From: Octopus vulgaris
Lineage: Eukaryota
DNA: 64,000 nt
NCBI GenBank assembly: GCA_951406725.2
Contig: OX597815.1
Location: 89,094,001 to 89,158,000, forward strand
Reading direction: 5' to 3'
In this document: piece by piece, positions 38,766 through 53,668 of the stretch
Layout: each line of letters starts with the position of its first letter
Position numbering within the stretch: position 1 is the first letter of the stretch
Notes under the pieces: model-generated
What the model saw: the letters and a program-made list of their open reading frames with translations, nothing else
What the model was told of the DNA's origin: nothing
Databases searched by the model: none
Program-made: the position numbers and the translations under genes

Positions 38766-39237
38766 GTGTGTGCTTGTGTTTGTCCGCGTGTGTGTGTGTG
38801 TTTGGTGTAGTTGTTGTTTGATTTTGTATCTACGTCGGATGAAATATTCTTTTCTTACTTTGAAACAATATGTTTTTGTGAAAAACTGTAGTGACTTTAT
38901 TGTTCTTTGGAAATCCTTAGAGTTTGATTAAATGTCGGCATATGCATACAAATGCGTAGGCACATTATATGTATAAAGTTTTCTGGAAGTGCTGCTACAG
39001 TAGTGGGCGTATGTCTTGTATACTATGCACGGGTTTAAGGTCTATTATGTATATGGTGTGTGCTCGTGCAACCTTTCTCAAAAGTGTCAGGTTTTTCAAA
39101 ACTTACACACACACGTGAACATACACATATTGACAAACCCACAGACACAAAAATACCTAAACGCTAACGCATCAACAAGTTCTAAACAGAAACCATTGCA
39201 TCAATAAACACGCGAAGCCGAGCAATGAACAAACACA

Positions 39238-39298
<61 letters not shown>

Positions 39299-39373
39299 AA
39301 CAATAGGGTGTTGTAACAGCTATCGATTGAATTTTGGAGTGATGTAAAACTTGACTAGTACAAAATCTCAGTT

Positions 39374-39374
<1 letters not shown>

Positions 39375-39438
<64 letters not shown>

Positions 39439-39460
39439 TTACCTACCTACCTATCTACTT

Positions 39461-39537
<77 letters not shown>

Positions 39538-39545
39538 AATCTATC
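39375..39545. repeat. (TATC)n microsatellite
   Basis: Direct inspection. Confidence 0.95.
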
Positions 39546-40515
39546 TGTGTTTGTGTGTGTGTATGAGTATGTTTGTGTGTGTGTATGTGTGTGTGTGTGT
39601 TTGTGTAGTTTCAGAATCTTAGAATATATGCAAAATATTCAAAACATTGGCAGAGATATGTAAGTATTTTAAGCGTTCTGCAATATTGCACAAGTTACAT
39701 AATAGATTGTGGAAAAAGATATTTTAGTATTTTCACCGAGTGAATTAATCTGCTTCATTCAATAAAACTGTACAACAGGGCCAAATATTCTTGGCATGTA
39801 ACTAGGAAATTTCGAAAAATATGTGAACAGATTACAGTGAATTTTTGAGTGACAGATGCAATTACTACAATAGCAACAACACAGTTGTGCAATACTCACG
39901 CACATACACACATACACAGACTAGTACGTACGGATACAAATAAACCTTTACATGTTTATACACATATAGGACTACATATATAAGTGTGTGCAACTGTGTG
40001 CATGCGAATGCGTGTATATGTATGTCTATATGTACTTACCAACCTAGATATACTCAGTATAAACACAAATAGATGCAAATATCCAAATAACGAAGTAGAC
40101 ATATATTTTTAACGCTGTCTTACGTACTTGAACGTGAATGGCATTCACTACAGATTTGAGTCGGAAAAAAATTTTTTTCTTAGATTACGTGTATAAAGTA
40201 GACAACATCGAACCTTGAACTTCACTGTTTCATGACATTGCACTGAACGAATATCAGTTAGGCAAAACCGTAATACAGACTTACAATTACATTGTGTGCT
40301 TGTTTTATATATAGACTGAAAGTCAGTTCATGACATGCAACGAAAAGCAATGCAATATCTACCTTTGAAAGGCATAACAACGGCGAAACAGAGCTTGGTA
40401 GTCCGAGGATGTCGAAGCTAACTACGTAGCTGCTTAAATATATGTATATGTATTCATGTCTTACTCAGTATCAGGTTACGTTATTCATATATAAAATATA
40501 CAAATAAATATGAGG

Positions 40516-40547
<32 letters not shown>

Positions 40548-40658
40548 GCATGTATGTATATATATATATGTATGTATATGTGTATGTATGTATGTGTATA
40601 TGTATATATGTATGTATGTCTGTGTGTATGTACGTATGTATGTATGTATGTATGTATG

Positions 40659-40716
<58 letters not shown>

Positions 40717-40717
<1 letters not shown>

Positions 40718-40851
40718 GTGTCCCTTTCTGTAGAAGAGCGTAGGCTCGAAACGTAAAATACTTTTTTCTATTCCTGAGCGTTATACTAATACATCTGTTT
40801 GTTTTGTACATCACCTGTCTTCGTCTTTTGTTTCTTTCGTAAACTCTCCCT
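40717..40851 (+). mobile_element. Short (TA)n-associated repeat with hammerhead-like motif (40724-40759)
   Basis: Near-identical reverse copy at 58187-58340; ttt-CTGTAGA-a-gagc gtag gctc-GAAA-CG-TA-aaa. Confidence 0.75.
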
Positions 40852-40856
40852 ATATA

Positions 40857-41030
40857 TCTCTATATTATAAATCTGAAATGCGAGAAGTTTGTTTGTTTGT
40901 TTGTCTGGTTTTGGCATTGAGAACGGGTTAAAGGCCACTAGATCTCGTCGGATTGACTCCAAAATTTACAGGGATATGTAAAATGAGGTGAGGATGTTAG
41001 TGGGCTAGGTTAGAAATCCCCATCTTAAAT
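40857..41030 (+). mobile_element. Helitron-like non-autonomous element, 5' end
   Basis: TC-tatattataaa start followed by (GTTT)n; homologous to 54764-54920. Confidence 0.6.
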
Positions 41031-41046
41031 TTTCTACATCAGTTTG

Positions 41047-41897
41047 CTATAATGATAATAGTAATAACAAGGAAATTATTGTATATAGTGCCCAGGTGCA
41101 CTGCAACTTGTCAAAAGTGCGTATAAAGCATATGCAGTAATGTACAAATGTCTGGAAAGTGAACAGTGTATGTTTACTTTCCAGAGTCAGATACATGCTT
41201 GTGTGTGTATGGAGGGAGGAAAACAGGTGTAGTGTTGGCGAATCTCAGGAAGCATGGAAGTTTTGAAGGATGCAGTGCTCCGACAACTAACAGCTGATGC
41301 CGGCAGTTTGTTCCATACTTCAGCAATTCTTAGCGTGAAAAAATGTTTCCGAAAGTCATGGGAGCGGTCCTGTTTTCTGACTTTGTTTCATGTCTACGGG
41401 TGTTAGACAGGTGGAGTTTGAAAAGGTGCTCAGGGTTATTTCTAGTAAGGTGGTTAATAATTTTGTGGGTGTCAGACATCGGAGTTTCAATGTATCCATG
41501 CCCAGAGAAGTAAGGCGTTCAGAATATGGCAAATGCCTGATGGAGGGTATTCTCTTGGTTGCACGTCGCTGAACGGTTTCCAGACGATAAATATCCTGTG
41601 CAAGATAGGGTTTCCAGATCGGTGATGCAAATTCCAGGTGAGGCCGCACCATAGCTATATAAAGCTTCAGAGAGATAGCCGGAGAGTAGCTCACAAAGGA
41701 CTTGGTAACTGATGCCAAGGCATCCTCAGCCTTCTTGGCAATTTAAGCAATGCGTTTTGTGCAATGCAATTCACTGTCGACAATAATGCCCAGGTCACGT
41801 TCACAAGAAGACTTTTTGAGATTAGTGTTGTGAAGGAAGTAAATAGACTCTGGGTTTTCCTCCCAAAATGCATGGTGGTACATTTGTCCCCAGCAAG
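41047..41897 (-). mobile_element. CR1-clade LINE 3' fragment
   Basis: LYIAMVRPHLEFASPIW...LETVQRRATK; MHFGRK; (ATT)n-like tail. Confidence 0.9.
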
Positions 41898-42085
41898 CTA
41901 CCTATCATCGTAATTGACAGACCCACTTTTCATTTCTTATATTGTTGGTAATTCTCATTAGAAATTTCACTTGTTGATGATGGGTATACTGAATACCTGT
42001 TTGAATCATGTTTACATCACAATAAAGACTTGTAACGAAATGGGACAATTATAACTGTACATATGATATCTCATTCGTTAGTTTC

Positions 42086-42165
<80 letters not shown>

Positions 42166-42959
42166 TGCACACATGTATATATGTATATATAAATATATAT
42201 GTATATACACAACTATTTATAATTATATGCATAGGCACCGTAAATCTTTCTTTGTGTTGGCGTACATGAAACCTATATAATGTAGAGATTGTATTCCGTG
42301 TCATATGTATATCATCACTTATTATTTCCGATTTAAAGTAATTAACTAAAAATAATTGATGCTAATTACTGTTACACGTGGCACGTGTTAATAACGTATT
42401 TCCAACAGTGTTTGTTTCCATTACAGTTAGCATGTGCAATTATATGTGATTTACATGGAAAAATTACTTCTTTAAAACCGCATTATTACTTTGTCAGTTT
42501 CAAACCCGTTTAACGTAACTTCAAGAAATTAACTTTACATTTGTATATAGGTTTCTCGTGAAATTTTATAGCTTCATGTATGCAATGCAATATTCTTCAA
42601 TAAAGTTAAGTAACGACGTGTGTATAAACTGTTCCCTCCCAGCAAAGACAAAGTAGTCTCTGAGCCTAAGTTTTTGATATGTAGTAGATATGAAATATCA
42701 TTTAAGATTGCAGGGCTTACACTTGTTAATTCCGTGAAAGTTTCATTTGGGTGGTGTCGGAAAAAAATAAGAAATAAATGAAGTTTGCGAGAGATTAACT
42801 TTATAACGTTACAAAAAGCTTAGTTTACTTTAGCGAAAAATGCATACAAATATATGTTCAGATGTGAATTAAAAGATCACACAAACCACTGTTTCAAAAA
42901 TGGAAATCATTTAATGTTATTAGTTAGAGAGAGTAGAATCGTAATGAACACCAAAGAAG

Positions 42960-43095
42960 AGGCTAAGCACTCATTGTCCTAACTATTTACGTTCAGAGTT
43001 CAAATACGGCAGAAGTCAAGTTTGTTTTCATACTTCCCGGATTGATAAAATAAAGAACCAGTTGAGCACCGAGGTCGATATAATCTACACCTTCC
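42960..43095 (+). mobile_element. Degraded SINE (63175 family)
   Basis: acgttcagagttcaaat core. Confidence 0.65.
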
Positions 43096-43414
43096 TCCTA
43101 TGTTTTTAAAAAACGATCTTGTCTATAAAAAAGGAGCAAATGCATATACTCTTTTAGGCCATCGGAAATATTCGTGTCGATACAAATGAGAATGAGCTCA
43201 AATGTTTCTATACTGAGCACCAATACGAAGGAAAAAGTACGGGAGAGAGGCGATCTAGAAGATTACGAATGTAATGTTAACGACTGTGAGCATGTAATGA
43301 GTTGAGTAGTTGTAGTATACTGAAGTTAGTAGAGAATGTGAGGGAGAAGAGATAACATACTTGACAATACTGATAAATCACTTGAACCACGAAATCTTTG
43401 TAGGAAGAGTTAAA

Positions 43415-43625
43415 AATCCTTTCTATTCAAGACACAAAGCCTGACATTTTGGAGGAGGGATTTAATTGATTATGTCGTCCCTAGTGCTAAACTCGTACTT
43501 ATTTCATCAGTCGCAAAAGAATGAAATCAATCTCAGTGGAACTTTATCTCAAAACTTGAAGAGCCAGAAGAAATGTCTCTAACCACATTGAACAATGCAA
43601 TAATGATTCTGCTTGCTTGCTGCGT
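43415..43625 (-). mobile_element. Degraded SINE (63175 family, 29651-type tail)
   Basis: atcctttcta...cacaaagcctga tail and core matches. Confidence 0.65.
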
Positions 43626-44843
43626 TAGGAACAGGTTATAAGAATGTGGAAATGACGCCGCATAAACTGTCAGATTGGCAAAACATTCTACATTCCTGAA
43701 TATAGCCAAATACCCCTTGAAGGGTGCTTTTTGACTCCTGAATTGAATATCTTAAAGCTAATGTAAATGATGTTTTGTACTGACTGTTTCCTATGTAATT
43801 TACTGCAAAAACATTCTATTTTTCCATCCTTTCATTGTATACTTACTCAATTATTTGCTTGACTTACAGAAAAAAATTTCATTAGAATTAAACTTGAAAT
43901 TGTGTGTCGTTTGTTCCGAAATAATCAAGATAGTATTCATGAATGACGAATATTTTGTCTTCAAGATATTATTATTCCTAGTGCCATATTGATGGTACCT
44001 GCAGTATTTTAAGGCTCTTCCTCTCTTCATTGTGTTAGGTCTGTGTGAACGAGTAACAATTAAATGATATTTCTTAATTATTAATTGGTCACCACTGAAA
44101 TCTAGTCTTTATATAACTTGTTGAGCAAGTGTTAACTTGACTTCGTTTAATGCTCTCCAAGTTTCTGTCTATCACCGAAAACAACAGGTTATATCTCGCT
44201 TCCCTTCCTTTCTACATCTGAGGATATTATGATTGTTGTGAAGGAATATATTATTTTGTTGTGCGGGAAATGACAGTTATATTTGAATAATTATCGCGAA
44301 GAATTCATGAATTCTGCTATACCGCTTCGTATTACGTTCTGCTAAATATTAAAAAACTTTTAGCTCTCTTTTAAAACATGTTTGTTCCTTAAAAGCAAAT
44401 ACTTTAAATAATTGCTTTCATTAGGTTTCTAAGCATGTAATCGTCAAATTAGATCTTTAAATCATGGAGTTCAAACATACATATAAAAGTTTAATATTTT
44501 AATAAATTAAGAAATAAAAGTTCAGTATTAGTGTCCTAAAAGAGATCTGGTTTACTGTATGTCAATAACGAAAACGATGTAGAAATTTTATGGAGTAAAT
44601 GATTTGCATATTTCTTCAATAACTTCGACAATTACTGACCAAAATATTTAGAAATTAATTTTGGAATCTATTCCAGTATATGCTCTGAAAATATTTAAAT
44701 AATTTTCATATGACAAATAATAAAACAATATTTTTCTAATCTGTTAAAATAGAGCTATTATCTAGAAAGTATTAAAATAGAACTAATAAAGATATCAGTT
44801 TTATTTACTTACTTCTCTTCATTCATTAGAGTTCTTTCGAAAA

Positions 44844-45649
44844 TCTCTCTATATATAAACGGCAGTTTGTCTGTCTGTGTGTCTGTGTGTCTGTCAGGTT
44901 GTACCCTCACTCTGACCACGGCTTTCAACCGATTCTGATGAAACTTGACACACACATAGCCCAATGTCATAATTCAAAACTAACGCAGCGAAAATTTTGA
45001 AAAGTTCCCCCAGTTCTGAAAAAAAAATCGATAAATTCGACATGGGTCGAGAATCTAAGCTTTTTATATGCAACACATTTTCTACAGACTGTCTAGGGGG
45101 CGCAACTCGACCTTTTTAACTCTCCGAACACGTGGGATAAGTATCCCAAAATGTATAAAAATGTACAAAAACGGCAAAAAGCGGGCAGCAATGTGAGTGA
45201 CAACAACGAAAAAGTCAAAAGTGACCAAACTGAACAAACGAATGGAAAAGGTTTTTTGATGCACACGACAAAAGCGGTTTATAATAAACCAAGAGTTTGC
45301 AAGTAGCGTCTGAGGACCCTTAGGGTACGTCAAAAATTTAAGGTAAAAAGTTTGGGGTGGTAGTTATAAAGAAAGTGTAAACAAAAAAGTATTCGAATAA
45401 CTTGCGGCTGCAGCAGCTATTAGCAGAAGTGGCGGTGTTGGGGGTAAAGTCTCGAATGTAATTTCTTCCTGGTAGGAATTGGTTGGGTTGAATTATCGAT
45501 AGCTGTTTGATAGTGATTTGGGAGTGAAGAGAAGACATTGCAACCTACACATGCGCCTTCGTTCCCTAGAGGGAAAGGACTAGATTGGGATTAGTCATTG
45601 CCTACTAGGGGCTCTTACATACCCAGGCAACGCCGGGCTATGCTGCTAG
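44844..45649 (+). mobile_element. Non-autonomous Helitron
   Basis: 5' TC, 3' CTAG, inserted in A|T, subterminal hairpin cccaggcaacgccggg, (GTCT)n-like tract near the 5' end. Confidence 0.85.
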
Positions 45650-45823
45650 TATTGAATATAACTGAGTTAAACAGTAGTTCCTGTCAAAAATCTATATTCT
45701 CTGAACTTCATTTTGAAGAACTTTATGGATACTGAAAACTTTGTTCAACTTGATTGTGTAGTTCAAATTCTATTCTACGCTGTAGTTTATTTCACTTCAT
45801 ATACCTTGTTACACAACACTTAC

Positions 45824-45978
45824 GCAACCTCATCCTCTGTACTAATTGCATTGAACTTTTTTGTTATTAAATTAAAAGTTGATGCTACAACACAGTATAT
45901 TGAAAGGATTTGTTCCGGACTCCTCGTTCGCAAGCAACGTACAATCAAATTCAAATTCTTCCACGTCTGACTACAAGT
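45824..45978 (-). CDS. Candidate exon
   Basis: tacttAG...GC|GTAAGT; open frame of 51 codons; an alternative frame gives PKD-like ESGTN. Confidence 0.3.
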
Positions 45979-46792
45979 CTAAGTATATTCAGTTCGCATA
46001 TATATTTGATTGACTCAAAAGAGGTTGACCTGTACTGTAATTTATTCAATACATGTAAGCTACATCCTAATATAGTGCTTGCATGTAGAACTATTGCAAT
46101 ATCAAACAATATAACATCATAATTGTATTCTTTTTCTTTCATTTTACGTTCTAAGCAAATAAGATGCACACTTAGATTAACTGTGTGCACACTGCAGAAA
46201 TATTTAGTAAACACGTGGATATAATGCTAGGAGGGACAAATATCTTCATTGAAGTATCTAGCGCCAGTAAAACCAAGTCCAATATTGGTACATTAATATT
46301 AATAACAATTTTCTCCATACAAAATGCACTTTAAGTTAACGTAATCTATAGAAAGAACTTTTTCATTTATCTTTGAGTATCTATGCATATTTAATGTGCA
46401 ATTTCTCTGTAACCGACTTTAGCATACAAATACAGAAGTTTGGTATAAATAATACTAAATACAACTTGTTAAAAGTTCTACGTTAAACAAAAGTACGCTG
46501 AGGATCATTTTGTTAAACGAAATCAGTAGGCTGAGGATCATAAATGTCAGCTTAAATTCTGATGAGCTGAATTTCATGCTCTTTCCTTAATTTAATTGTT
46601 AAATAGATTTCTAAAAGAAACTGCAACAACCTTTGCACTAGACTAGAATTATTAACGATGTTATATATACATATACATATATACACACACATATGCATAT
46701 CTATATATATATATATGCATACACACACCCACACACATACATACATACATACATACATACATACATACATACATACATACATACATACATGC

Positions 46793-46863
<71 letters not shown>

Positions 46864-47124
46864 ACAAATATCCGTCGAATGTAAATAATGTAAGTAATGT
46901 TAATGTAAATAATTCTTCATCACTGAAATATAGAACTGGACAAATAAATTCTGCAAAGCCCGAAACTCAAGTAATAAGTTGTCCACTTATCCGGCGTTCT
47001 TCCTACAAGTAAGACGAACATTTACCATGTTCGCCGCCCGCATACATCTTTGCCTGTATACATTCAGTGAAGCTTTACATAGCGTTGTACGGTTATCGAC
47101 TATTATTTCCAACAAACACTGTTT

Positions 47125-47419
47125 GTTCCTTCTCGAACCATGCCTGGCTCATAAGGGCCGGTTTCCCGGTTTCCTTGGCATATAGGTTCCCCACCTGGAC
47201 GGGACGCCGGTCCATCGCAGGTGAGCTGCAAGATGCAGGAGGAAAGAGTGAGAGAAAGTTGTAGCGAAGGAGTCAGCAGGAGTTCGCCATTACCCTCTGC
47301 CGGAGCCGCGTGGAGCTTAGGTGTTTCGCTCATAAACACACACATCACCCGGTCTGAGATTCGAACCCGAGATCCCTCGACCGCGAGTCCGCTTCTCTAA
47401 CCACTAGGCCATGTGCCTC
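47125..47419 (-). mobile_element. Full-length tRNA-derived SINE
   Basis: Head gaggcacatggcctagtggttag...gggttcgaatctc (A and B boxes). Confidence 0.88.
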
Positions 47420-47529
47420 AACAAACGCTGGTGTCTTGTTCCACTATTTCCAATCTATAATTGTACCTTTAGGGTGCCTTATTTAGTTGAAAAATAATAC
47501 TGTTGTATTGCAATAATATATATGATTTT

Positions 47530-47567
<38 letters not shown>

Positions 47568-47568
<1 letters not shown>

Positions 47569-48758
47569 TTGCTCATCCTATAAATAATTCGGCTTTTTAT
47601 AATTTTTTTATTTTTTCAAAATTAAGATACCTACAGACTCTCTTTTATTTTCTAAAATATACTCTCCTTCATTTTCTACAATGCTCTGTTGTCCGTGACG
47701 AAAAATACTCCTCCAGTACTGTTCTGACTTCGTCTAGGGATTTCCTATTTTGTCCGTCCAAATGATTTTGAAGACTGCAGAATAAATGATAATCAGCTGG
47801 GGTGATGTCCAGCGAATATGTTGGGCGGGGCATCGTTTCCCATTCAAACTACTCCAGCCTTTGTTTGTCATCCTTGCTGTATGTGGCCGAGCATTATCCC
47901 GGTGAAAGAAAGCCTTTATTCGTAAAACCAAACGGTTTTCTTCTTAAGCCACTCAAGCTGCTCGCAGCAGATTTTTATTATCGTTTGGCTTGTGTTTAAA
48001 AGTTGAAAATGGACTGAACTGTTCATATCTCTCCAAACAGATAACAACACCTTACGTGAGTGAAGATCTTCTTTAGCATGGGGTGCTGGTGTTTCCACTT
48101 TCCCTTCGGCGCTTGACATATTTATAGAGAATCCATTTCTCGTCACCAGTCACTATTCGGTCCACAAAATGTTCATTCTTGAGATTTGACAGCAAAGAAG
48201 AGCATATATTCACTCTCTGCGCACGATTAGACTTTGAAAGTTTGTGAGGAACCCATTAAGCCAATTTGATGCCTTTTCCAATGACACACAGGTATCTATG
48301 GATAGTTGAATGACTAAATCCAAGCTTCTCAACAGTTAGGATGGGATTTTATTCTACCAGGGTTTGCAGGAAGGCCTCGACGAGCTCTTCAGATCTTCCA
48401 GGACAAGACTCGTCTTCTAAGCTGTAATTTGCGGCTCGGAAGTTTTGGATCTACCATTGACACTGGCTTACGCTTATTGTCCGATCCCCATATATTCCTC
48501 GTACTTTCCATTGCGTTGTTGCCTTTATTGAACGCATAAAGCAAAATATGCCGAAAATGCTCCTGTATTACTTCCATTATAGCTTTGGAAAAATAACTGT
48601 TAAAGTCGACCTGCACTCTTCAAAACTTGCACTAAGAATAAGTGCAATGTAAAATTACTACCTGCGTTTATAGTAAGTTTATGCTGGTAGTTTACCCCGA
48701 CCCCTCCGACTCTTAGCTCATGCAATTAAAAAAGTGCATTATTTATGGGATGATCCAA
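47568..48758 (-). mobile_element. Mariner transposon, decayed
   Basis: TIRs tttgctcatcctataaataat / attatttatgggatgatccaa, TA TSD; EHFRHILLY, IVTGDEKW, HRDNARPH remnants. Confidence 0.93.
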
Positions 48759-50421
48759 TACATTTATGCACAACGATAAACATATGCACATATTGCCATG
48801 ACGTTTTGTTGCAAAATTCGTGGAAAATATACCAGAAGCTTTGTAAAGTCTGAGATATATACTGGAATAAGTCACATTTTAAATGGATTGCAACAAATAA
48901 TTATTTCCTGTGAATAGTAAAGCAGACAGGTTACGTGAAAAATATTTCATTTCTTTGACCTCTGGCGAGAACCATAAAGTTCAGACATCAAATAATTCAA
49001 ATTAGCGAACAACATCCTAACGTTTATACCTATCAACGTGTAACTATTTACTCTCTCGAGAAACACTTCTGCTACTGTTGCTGTTGCATTTATCTATGCA
49101 TTCAAAGTTCTCAACTTTAGCGTCTCAATAATACTTCAAATGCAGATGTTTCCTCTTTCAATGGTTACACGTATTGACTCGTTGGCACCCTGGGATTTAA
49201 GATGAGGTCATTGAATATTGTGTGATTAGTATATTATGTCTTCTTTAGAAATTTGTCTTTTAACAGTCACCTTTCTGTGACCTACGGGGGAAATAAGAGA
49301 GGAAGTATAAAAAACATATATTTAAATGCTAACGCTACGTTATGTGAAAGCCATTTCTAGACGTTAATATGAATAAAGTATTATCTATGAAAATGAATAG
49401 AAATCATGAAGTGGACGATGTGTCTACATTTCCTGTGGCAGAAAGTAGATCGAACTAATTTGGATTGAGAAGGCGGGATTTGGTATTTGAAGTAATAAAC
49501 AAGACACAGCAGTGCATTATAATTATACAATAAACAATATACTGTAACTTGGGTGTATGTGTGTAATTCATTGTATTGTTTATCGTATCAAAATCGATTA
49601 TTGACTGTTCTAGCTAGAAAGCCTGCAAGGTCTGTTATATTATAAATTTCTTTTGCTTTTCATTTATTTTTTCTAATGTTAAGGAAAGCTCTGTGGCCAA
49701 ACATATAAGCTACACACACACACACAAGCTTCATCTGATGAAGTACAGTTAAAAAGCTATTCATCACAACCACGAACATCTATGTTCTTTGTATATCAGG
49801 CCACCATTTTCAATATTATCTTGCATGTTTTATAATGTCACTAGCGCATCGAACAACCACATAAGGGTTCTCACCCATGCTGCAACAATATCTCCTATGC
49901 ACAACGTACTTAAAATATATAGAATGAAATATAGATGTACTGTGTTACTCGCCAAATGGCGTTAACTTTGGTAGTATTTTTTATGATAGCAGGTGTAATA
50001 TCATTAAATGTTGCATACATAAGATAATTATAATTTAACTTTCATCAAATTTCTTAGCGCTTAAATGAAATGACGAACATTAATTTTCCAACCAAAAAAA
50101 AAAAAAAGAACAAATTGAAATTAAATAGAACATATTTTTTCTCATTTGCAAATTTGCAATAAATATGCTATTAATTTCTCAATTTTGTCAGTACAATCGT
50201 AATCTAATCTATTAAAACCCATCTCGGCAAAATTTCATTACAAAGTGTGTATTTGTTCGAAAGTAGTAGACACTGATCCTACACGTCTTATGTTAAATCT
50301 TTGTATATCACGCTTTTATCCTCTCCCTCTCGGGTCCTCTCTCGATACAATGTAAAATGTGACTGGGGACTCAATCAACCGACCAGCCAATATTTATATT
50401 GCCAATTATTATATAGTTTAT

Positions 50422-50603
50422 AAGGCAGTGAGTTGGCAGAATCGTTAGCAAGCCGGGCAATGCATAGCGGAATTTCGTCCGTTTCTACGGTCTGAGTTCA
50501 AATTCCGTCGAATTCTGCCTTTCATCCTTGCGGGGTCGATAAATTAAGTATTAGTCGTGTACTGAAATTTCTGACATTGTGCCAAAATTTGAAACCAATA
50601 TTA
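50422..50603 (+). mobile_element. tRNA-SINE (63175 family)
   Basis: gagttggcagaatcgttagc...tctgagttcaaattccg. Confidence 0.85.
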
Positions 50604-51220
50604 TCTTTGCGCAGGATGAAATCGATTTGCAAATGAATATGAATAATACATATATAAATTAGTAAAAAGGAAAATACTTTAGTTGATAACGTTTGATGGG
50701 TAAGAGATTTGGCTGTTATTTGTAGCAAAACAGAAAAGAAAATATGATGAGTTTCTCTTGTTGCTTTGTTTTCGCTTATTTGAGATCATACGAAATGCAT
50801 GAATATCATAATTATCTCTGGGGTAGATAACTATTTCCTTATGTAGTTGAATATACGAGGTATTTGGAAGTTTCCTCCAGTCAATATTTACTGTAGAAGT
50901 GCATGTGACTGCGGAGATATTACATTCTCTTACGCAAATTCTTGAAATATGATGGATGTATGATTTAGTGAAGCTAATGTAATTACATTCAGTTTGAATT
51001 CCAAGAATGAAATAAGTGAATTGGAAATGTTGGCAGACAAATATAGTTCATTCAGGGTTAGGGTGGTGCAGTAGTTCAAATACGTCATTTCTCTCACCCA
51101 AATCATTAGTACTGATCGCGATTTAGATCATCCACAACGTAGAACCACATAACCTCGTCCGTGCACTTGTGTGTATGCCTACGTATATATGTGTGTATAT
51201 ACATGTACATGTGTTCACAC

Positions 51221-51270
<50 letters not shown>

Positions 51271-51622
51271 ATACAATGAATCTGTGCGCATTTGGTTCGA
51301 TGGACATTAGCATCTATATTTGTGTGTGTATGTGTGTGTGTGAATGTATTGTCTGAATTATTGAAATGCACATAAATGTAATATAATTACCAAGGCAGTT
51401 TAAACTGTATGTTTTTCTCTTTTTACAAATGAATCTTGTACTGGTAAAAATGAATACATTTTTCCCTTCATTTCCCTCTTGCACGAGTATCTTTCTACGT
51501 ATTTGCAATGATTTAATAATCTTTCACTGACACTATAAAATCCATTTAAAATACCTATGGTACTATATTCTGTAACAATTTTTAGATATTTTGATGTTAT
51601 TGATGTTCTGCATTAGGCTTAC

Positions 51623-51750
51623 TCTGATGATTTCCATCCATGACCAACCAGTTTGATATGTAGTCATATATGACAGCATTGTCTAAAGTGTACTTCCTTT
51701 TTTGGTATTTTAGAAAATAATGGTTACCGTTATTTGGATTTACATCAGTA
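51623..51750 (-). CDS. Candidate exon (phase 2-1)
   Basis: tttccccaaacAG...GTAAGC; TDVNPNNGNHYFLKYQKRKYTLDNAVIYDYISNWLVMDGNHQ. Confidence 0.35.
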
Positions 51751-52884
51751 CTGTTTGGGGAAACCCATGAACAAAAGTATTGTATTTGCAAGAATCCAGT
51801 TATTTATTCAGGCATGGTGTATATAGGGATCCATTATCTATACTTTTCAATGTATTCTTTCTCTTTTTATGTCGGTAAGATCTGCCTTAGGGAAGACTTA
51901 GCTACTATTACTGACCTCCACGGTTAATATGGGTGCTACTCAATCCATTATAAAACCAGACTTATATAAAGTTATTTAAGATCAATTATTAAATATATTT
52001 TTCACATCTTTAAAGAGATTAGTCATGAAATATTGGAAATAATCTTTTACATTATTTAAATTCACATATTCAGTTGCTTGGAGATCAAGTACATTTTGTG
52101 TTTCTACTTGATAAAACATAACAGAGTTTTCTCAAACAGAAACGACTTGCACTAAAAGAAGATAATATTTTATATTGAAATTCAATGCATCGATATAAAC
52201 ACTAAGATTCTCATAGAGCCTAATATATCTGATAATGTATTTATAAAAGTTACCTAATGTATGAAGCAATAGAACACCAAACTTATTGTATTAAAATATT
52301 CAGATTCGCTTCGTTCGGAATTTAAGTCAATTTCTAACATTTGTATGTTGCGTGAGATCATTGATCTGTGTCTGAAAAGTTTATATTCAGAGTGCAGACC
52401 TGGGTAAATGATTATTATGGGAGGCAAGTATTCGACTTTACTATATGTTTTCTCTCTCTCTCATTCACTCTGTTGACCAAAGGAAACCAAGATCCGATAT
52501 GGTTTGGCAGCAGTTGCGTGGCAGGAGTCTGCGGGACTTAAATAGCTGCAACGAATAGCAGAAGGTATTTTCTTTAAAGATGACAATGCCGGCAATTCTC
52601 ATCACTGGCCTGGCAGTTCTTAGTTTTATCTATTCCTTAGAATGAACGACGATGTTGATCTAGCTGAGATTTGAACTTAAGACATGCAATACTGGGACAA
52701 ATACCGCAAGGCGTTGTGTCTGACCCTGTCAACTCAATTTCAATGATATACAGGTGTGACTTAACTCGATTATTCCTTACCAATCATCGGATTGGAGGCC
52801 ACTACTGACACTGGAAATAAATAACTTGTAGCATTTCGTAAAAGTAGAACACTTTAAGGATTTGAATATAATATTGATGTTTAA

Positions 52885-53083
52885 TTATGGTACCAGTTTC
52901 GGAGAGGGAGTAAAGTGATTACATCGACATCCCGAGTGTTCAACTGGTACTCATTTTATCGAATCGGAATGGATGAAAGGCAAAGTCGTCCTGAACAAAA
53001 ATTAAGCTCAGAACATAAAAACGGACGAAATGCCGTTAAACATTTTGCCCGGCGTGCTAACGATTCTGCCAGCTCACCGCTTT
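52885..53083 (-). mobile_element. tRNA-SINE (63175 family)
   Basis: cattttgcccggcgtgctaacgattctgccagctc head. Confidence 0.85.
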
Positions 53084-53484
53084 AAAGATTTGCCTATATT
53101 ATTGTGTATTATGTGAGTGCTTTTTATTTCTTCAGAGATTTTTACAGAAACAAATTTTGTCCACCAACGGCACTAATATGCAACTAGATTGATTGAACTT
53201 GAAGAAATTACATAGTTTAACTTTCGACGCTGATGTATACCCCTTCATCTGACACGAAACACGAGTTTTGTGAATAAGATTCGAAACAGAATAAACGATC
53301 TAATAGCCCCAATAGGTTCATACTTTATACATTCAACTAACCTGGTCCAAACTGAGAAATTTAGGTTTTGCCAATATTCCAGGAATGGAAAAGACGATAA
53401 AATGACTGTAATATATTGACTTGAAAACTATTAAGAGTGAAAAGTAACAAAATAAAATACATAATATAGATATATACTTGAATG

Positions 53485-53632
53485 TCTGTGGCACATTGGG
53501 TAAGAGTCTTCTGCTATAGCATCAGGTCGACTGAAGCCTTCTGAGTGAATTTGGTAAACAGAAACTGAAAGAAGCCCGTCGTATATATATATATATATAT
53601 ATACACACACATATATATATGCATGTGTGTGT

Positions 53633-53668
<36 letters not shown>

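Noticed and set aside
47345-47419. tRNA gene
   Set aside because: It is a SINE head; the cloverleaf is imperfect and continues into the SINE body
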